NCBI GenBank assembly: GCA_023898425.1
Contig: CP060222.1
Location: 810,001 to 842,000 of the forward strand
Source of the DNA: Candidatus Saccharimonadota bacterium
GTDB lineage: Bacteria; Patescibacteriota; Patescibacteriia; 2-12-FULL-60-25
Length of the DNA: 32,000 bases
Direction: 5' to 3'
This document shows, piece after piece, positions 30,513 through 32,000 of this stretch; the stretch's first letter is position 1; the number at the start of each line of letters is the position of its first letter. The position numbers and the translations under genes are program-made. The notes under the pieces were generated by a model. The model worked only from the letters and a program-made list of their open reading frames with translations, was not told the DNA's origin and did not search any database.

Positions 30513-31049
30513 ATGTCCAATGACTATCAGAAACCGTTCTTTCTCGAAGTACCTTCACATTTTTTTCGCTGCACCGATGAACTACATAATGTGCGCGACA
30601 ACCTATTGATAGAGGTGGCTAGTAACGCTGACAGCTTCATGATCAGAGGTCCGGCACTCCTCTCAAAAGGCTTTCATATTCGCTTCTCAAACCGATCAAA
30701 AGCGAAGAGCGCTAGCTTACATCTCATGATATCCATCGAACCAAGAATAATTTTTGATTTTGATGAAGCTGAGATTAACACCGCCTATCTAGAGCTATTG
30801 CAAGACATAGAAAACGAAGATGACTATACAGCAAATCAGATATGCTGCACCGTAGCACTACGTGAATTGTTTGAGCATCAACGTCTCGCACTCAGGCTTG
30901 ATATGAAGCACCGTCGGCTCTACGCGCACATGAACAGGAGGCATTACGATCCGTCCTTTGTTGAACTTGAGGCATTTCAGATGCGTTGGCTTGCGATGCA
31001 AAAACCCACTCAACAAACTTCATCGTCTGTCCGACGAAAGCAAAAATAA
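30513..31049 (+). CDS. hypothetical protein (178 aa), paralog family member 2
   Basis: Promoter TTGACG (30463-30468), 17 nt, TAACGT. SD AGGAGG. Shares YL..LLQDI and a C-terminal ..W-L motif with members 1 and 3. Confidence 0.7.
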   Translation: MSNDYQKPFFLEVPSHFFRCTDELHNVRDNLLIEVASNADSFMIRGPALLSKGFHIRFSNRSKAKSASLHLMISIEPRIIFDFDEAEINTAYLELLQDIENEDDYTANQICCTVALRELFEHQRLALRLDMKHRRLYAHMNRRHYDPSFVELEAFQMRWLAMQKPTQQTSSSVRRKQK

Positions 31050-31518
31050 TGAGTGATGATTGCTATATTGAATTCATCTCTCATGAATACGATTTGCGAG
31101 AGAATCGATTCATTATCCCCATCCAAAAACAGAAACTCTTCGGGGTAAAAACAAAGACAAAAAGAATATCCTTTTGGAGAATATTCACTTGTTTGTCTTT
31201 GCGCCCACGCGAGAAGTTACTCAAACGCTTGAATGGGAATATAAAACCAAGTCACCGCTCAAACACACGGTCAACCACAACTACACAGCTTTGCGATGTA
31301 AATCCACCACTCCAGACTACCTTGATTTCTTGAGACTAGGTAAGGATGATTTAGCCAAGCTGTACAATGTGTATGACGCCTTAATGTGCAATGGCATTCA
31401 TTGTGGCATCGAAACCATCAAAGGGATTCCGTACTTTTGTCTTTATCAATTCAAAGCACGTTTAACCGCGTGGCCATTAAGTCCGATAAAGCTCGCTTGG
31501 CTCACCTACATCTACTGA
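31049..31518 (+). pseudogene. paralog family member 3, split by a -1 frameshift in an A5 run (31159-31163)
   Basis: ATG 31049 overlaps the upstream TAA (TAATG). Frame 2 gives MSDDCYIEF...KTKTK. Frame 1 continues KNILLENIHLFVFAPTR...YFCLYQFKARLTAWPLSPIKLAWLTYIY* and aligns with members 1 and 2. Frame 1 has no plausible start of its own. Confidence 0.55.
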
Positions 31519-31563
31519 TGGGGTGGGTCTTTTCTTTTGCTCCAAAATAGCCATGATAGCCTT

Positions 31564-32000
31564 ATGCAAACGATTCAAGAAGGAATTCAGCTTATTGCAA
31601 CCGAAGTAGCAAAACTTCAGGCCGTATCAGGATGGACAGGATCGCCTCGAGCGCTGCTTGTGGGTGGCTATGTTCGTGACATGCTCCTTGAAGTAGAGAC
31701 AGATGATGCCGATATCGAGATCTATGGCCTAGAACCTCAAAGACTAGAAGAACTCTTGCAACGATTATTTGTTGGGCGTGTACACCTTGTTGGTCGTCAA
31801 TTTGGTGTATTTCATATCCCCTGCTCAAACGGAACTCTTGATGTTGCTATACCGAGACGCGAATCAAAAATCGCTGCCGGTCATCGTGGTTTTGAAGTTA
31901 CGGGTGACCCGACCATGTCTTTTGAAGACGCGGCGCGTCGTCGTGATTTTACGATGAATGCTATTTTCCAGGATCCTCTTACAAAAAAGCTCATCGACCC
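31564..32000 (+). CDS. cca: CCA-adding enzyme / poly(A) polymerase-family tRNA nucleotidyltransferase, N-terminal part (3' end outside the window)
   Basis: Hand translation gives ...LLVGGYVRDMLLEVETDDADIEIYG...RRRDFTMNAIFQD. These are the GGxVRD, DxD and RRDFTxNA head-domain motifs. The ORF runs off the window and is not in the ORF track. Confidence 0.8.
   Translation, partial: MQTIQEGIQLIATEVAKLQAVSGWTGSPRALLVGGYVRDMLLEVETDDADIEIYGLEPQRLEELLQRLFVGRVHLVGRQFGVFHIPCSNGTLDVAIPRRESKIAAGHRGFEVTGDPTMSFEDAARRRDFTMNAIFQDPLTKKLID

Noticed and set aside
1-32000. CRISPR arrays, IS elements or transposases, integrases, DGR template/variable repeats, and rRNA.
   Set aside because: I saw no regularly spaced repeats, no recognisable transposase, integrase or reverse-transcriptase motifs in any listed ORF, and no rRNA-like sequence. 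Long imperfect repeats (DGR TR/VR) cannot be excluded by eye and would need a self-dotplot.
1-32000. Alternative genetic code (UGA recoding, as in some CPR lineages).
   Set aside because: Conserved genes end cleanly at TGA (sigma factor, glycosyltransferase, DUF4012 protein, hflX). No conserved protein shows an in-frame TGA.

Overview
This is a 32 kb chromosomal segment, roughly 44% GC by eye. It uses the standard genetic code: TGA, TAA and TAG all terminate recognisable conserved genes. I call about 30 protein genes and 4 tRNAs (Pro-UGG, Gly-UCC, Phe-GAA, Arg-UCG, all with encoded CCA).

Backbone genes:
- thrS behind a compact T-box-like leader.
- A minus-strand envelope operon: GT4 glycosyltransferase, DUF4012 protein, DUF11/CARDB-like repeat protein, baseplate-J-like membrane protein.
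- rpmF-nusB-Nramp, ndk and rnc.
- An ECF sigma factor that overlaps a 1733-aa alpha-2-macroglobulin-like membrane protein, followed by a frameshifted Memo-like gene.
- A Cys-less thioredoxin-fold lipoprotein with ccdA, then hflX, then the 5' part of a CCA-adding enzyme.

The gene content (DUF4012, baseplate-J-like protein, TGS-less ThrRS, extended bL32/NusB/Ndk, many tiny orphans) is consistent with a small-genome uncultivated lineage such as Patescibacteria/CPR. That is inference only.

About 11 small orphan genes are interspersed in the backbone. Most are self-contained units with an ATTGACA-type promoter, a strong Shine-Dalgarno (SD) and an intrinsic terminator. Backbone genes mostly lack an SD.

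The most striking signal is at 18.2-19.9 kb, between rnc and tRNA-Arg. One 292-aa gene is about 60% GC: 53 of its first 60 codons end in G/C, and it uses 40 AAG against 2 AAA. The compositional block is almost exactly coextensive with that CDS. The protein carries two C-x4-C-x16/17-C-x2-C zinc-ribbon modules. Its immediate neighbour is a 105-aa paralog with one such module, encoded at native GC. The pair is bracketed by two near-identical terminator hairpins.

I saw no CRISPR array, transposase, integrase or rRNA. All coordinates of hairpins and motifs were placed by hand and may be off by 1-2 nt.
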